Part shown: piece after piece, positions 61,668 to 64,000 of the stretch | Numbering within the stretch: position 1 is the first letter of the stretch | How the letters are laid out: each line of letters starts with the position of its first letter | DNA from: Candidatus Levyibacteriota bacterium | GTDB lineage: Bacteria > Patescibacteriota > Microgenomatia > Levybacterales > UBA12049 | Direction of reading: 5' to 3' | Assembly (NCBI GenBank): GCA_016186625.1 | Contig: JACPLG010000003.1 | Location: forward strand, 98,576 to 162,575 | DNA: 64,000 bases | Position numbers and translations under genes: made by a program | Notes under the pieces: generated by a model | Databases searched by the model: none | The model's input: only the letters and a program-made list of their open reading frames with translations | Told to the model about the DNA's origin: nothing

Positions 61668-64000
61668 TCAATTTTCAGTGTTTTCTGTGGACTTCTCAGT
61701 GCTTTTCTGCGCTTGCAAGGGCCACGGCTCTGTAATTAATAACCGATTATTTCCCGAGAATTTCCCGAATATCTCTTCGGTAATAAACGGCATGAAAGGA
61801 TGAAGAAGCGCAAGTTGAATCATGAAGCATGAATTAAGAATTAAGAAGGAGTTCTCGTTAATCCGTTTCTTGACATCTTCAATATATTTATCCGCAAACT
61901 CGTGCCAAATAAATTCGTAAAGTCCCTCAGCTGCCAGATTAAATTCAAACTTCTCAATATGCCTAGTGGTTTTTTCAATCAATTCCTCTACTTTATCGAC
62001 CATTTCTTTATCGACTTTCTCAATTGCTAAATTATTCAATTGTTCGATTGTTAGGCTATTTGGAATTTGTGATTTGGGATTTAGGGCTTCCCGTTTCATT
62101 GAAATGAAACGGGCAATGTTCCACAATTTATTTGAAAAATTTCTTGCAGCTTGAAGCTTTCCATAAAATAGCGCTTGATCATTCCCGGTTGCATTACCAT
62201 AAATTAGCGCGAAGCGAATAGAATCAGCTCCATACTCATCGACGAGTTCGAGAGGATCCACTACATTTCCCTTGCTCTTGCTCATTTTCTTGCCATACGG
62301 ATCTTTTACCAAGCCATGAAATAAAACTTGTTTAAAAGGAACTTCCCCAGTAATGTAAATTCCAAGCATTACCATGCGTGTTACCCAAGCCTTTAAAATA
62401 TCATAAGCAGTCTCCATAATACTTGTTGGATAAAAGGTTTCAAAAAGTGTCTCTATATTTTCTAATTCTTCAAGAGGACGAAATTCATAAGAGTATGAAT
62501 AAGCCTTTGTTTTAGGATTGACTTTTGCATTCTGATTTCTTAGCTTTAAAGCTTTTATTAACTCATCTAATGATTTATAGGTTTTAAAATGAGATTCATC
62601 TTTATAGTTGATCTTCTCAATAATTGTTTCTTCTGCTTCCTTGACAATTCCATATCCAAATAGTTCACCTGTTTGAGTATTTTTAAACAAAACCTTATCC
62701 CCAACTTTGAAATTATGATCTCTTAATCTATAAGTTTTTGTTTTTCCTTTTAGAACCTGATCAGCCACATCTTCATCAAAACCCATTTTGGGAAGTGAAT
62801 AATTCGTTTTTAAAGTCACATATGGCCATTGGCCTGAGGAAAACCAAGTATCAAAGGTGTCTGTGTCTTGAGTTAATTTTTTGGAAGTACACTTCGCACA
62901 TTTTTTGGGAGTTTCTCCTTCCGTAACAATCCAATGGGAATTTTCGCATTTCCAGGCAGGAATCCTAATCCCCCACACAATTTGGCGGGAAATATTCCAA
63001 TCCTCAAGCCCCTCAAGCCATTGGAAATAAATTGATTCAAAATTTTTAGGGTAGATTTTAATTTTTCCTTCTTTTACCACTTTTATTGCTCCTTTTTTAA
63101 GGCCCTCAACTTTTACAAACCATTGCTCCAATGGAAGCGACTCAATGGGATTTTTGCATTTATAACAAAGAGGGGTTCTATTGATATAACTCTCGTCTAT
63201 TTTTTCAAGCATTCCTTTTTTCTTCATCTCCTCAACTACTTCCGTTCTGGCTTGTTTGATATATAGTCCCGAAAACTTACCGGCTTTTTCGTTCATTTTG
63301 CCATCGTAATTTATTACCTGAACAAGGGGAAGATTGTGGCGCTTTCCTACATCAAAATCCTGGAAGTCATGTGCCGGAGTTATTTTTACAACTCCCGTTC
63401 CAAAAGAAGGATCTACAAACACATCAGCAATAACTTTTATTTTTGCTTTTCCTATGACTGTCTCAATTTCAATTTCTTTTCCAATATACTCTTTATACCT
63501 TTTGTCCGCAGGATTGACTGCAACGGCGGTATCACCAAATTTAGTTTCTGGCCTGGTAGTTGCCAAAACTAGGGGCCCGTACTTTATGTAGTAAAGCGGG
63601 TTTTTTCTTTCTTCATAAATTACTTCCAAATCAGAAAAGCTTGTTCCGTCATATGTACAATAATTTACCAATCGATAGTCTCTGTAAATTAAGCCATCGT
63701 CATACATTTTTTTGAATGTTTTATAGACAAGCCTAACAATATCAGGATCTAGTGTATATTTTTGCCGCGACCAGTCTAATGAAAAACCTAAACGCCTAAG
63801 TTGGCGCTCAATCCCTCCCCTATTCTCATTTACATAATTTTCAATCATTTTATAAAGAGTTTCTCGGTCATAATCTAATCTTGACTTCCCTTCTTCTTTA
63901 AGTTTTTTCTCAAAAACAAATTGGGTTTCAATTCCAGCGTGATCTGTCCCCGGAAGCCACAAAGACTTATCTCCCTTCATTCTGTGGTATCTAATAAGAA
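61668..64000 (-). CDS. valS: Valyl-tRNA synthetase (5' end outside window) with ASCH-like insertion
   Basis: PGTDHAGIETQ, ATTRPET, GTGVVKITPAHD, DWNISRQ, DTWFSS, KMSKS. Confidence 0.96.
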   Translation of the reverse strand, partial: LIRYHRMKGDKSLWLPGTDHAGIETQFVFEKKLKEEGKSRLDYDRETLYKMIENYVNENRGGIERQLRRLGFSLDWSRQKYTLDPDIVRLVYKTFKKMYDDGLIYRDYRLVNYCTYDGTSFSDLEVIYEERKNPLYYIKYGPLVLATTRPETKFGDTAVAVNPADKRYKEYIGKEIEIETVIGKAKIKVIADVFVDPSFGTGVVKITPAHDFQDFDVGKRHNLPLVQVINYDGKMNEKAGKFSGLYIKQARTEVVEEMKKKGMLEKIDESYINRTPLCYKCKNPIESLPLEQWFVKVEGLKKGAIKVVKEGKIKIYPKNFESIYFQWLEGLEDWNISRQIVWGIRIPAWKCENSHWIVTEGETPKKCAKCTSKKLTQDTDTFDTWFSSGQWPYVTLKTNYSLPKMGFDEDVADQVLKGKTKTYRLRDHNFKVGDKVLFKNTQTGELFGYGIVKEAEETIIEKINYKDESHFKTYKSLDELIKALKLRNQNAKVNPKTKAYSYSYEFRPLEELENIETLFETFYPTSIMETAYDILKAWVTRMVMLGIYITGEVPFKQVLFHGLVKDPYGKKMSKSKGNVVDPLELVDEYGADSIRFALIYGNATGNDQALFYGKLQAARNFSNKLWNIARFISMKREALNPKSQIPNSLTIEQLNNLAIEKVDKEMVDKVEELIEKTTRHIEKFEFNLAAEGLYEFIWHEFADKYIEDVKKRINENSFLILNSCFMIQLALLHPFMPFITEEIFGKFSGNNRLLITEPWPLQAQKSTEKSTENTEN

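Overview
AT-rich bacterial chromosome segment whose gene content and style (many -10 boxes directly upstream of start codons, small palindromic insertions) suggest a Patescibacteria/CPR organism, probably Microgenomates; this is inference, not a database result. 0.8-5.2 kb is a GC-richer secreted-protein operon. Its S8 protease, small secreted subunit, membrane-anchored Ig-fold protein and fourth protein share complementary segments in the pattern of a donor-strand-exchange filament. 6.2-13.6 kb is the most unusual region: a cassette array punctuated by 12 co-oriented copies (plus one partial) of the 15-bp repeat TGCTATAATTGCCCC, which is itself an extended -10 promoter. The intervals hold four toxin-antitoxin modules, single enzymes and short gene-less palindromic units, one duplicated 6.5 kb apart; no integrase or cas gene is visible. 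15.6-23 kb holds a second subtilase, mltG, purH and def. 23-37 kb is a metal/thiol-redox island (DsbA, BlaI/M56, MerA, ArsR regulators, P1B ATPase, CcdA, DipZ). 38-40.4 kb shows serial insertions at the msrA 5' end. The rest is largely housekeeping (rpoD, dnaG, purA, purB, tal, comM, ruvCAB, rplY, valS with an inserted ASCH-like domain). All calls are from reading the sequence and translations; no searches were run.
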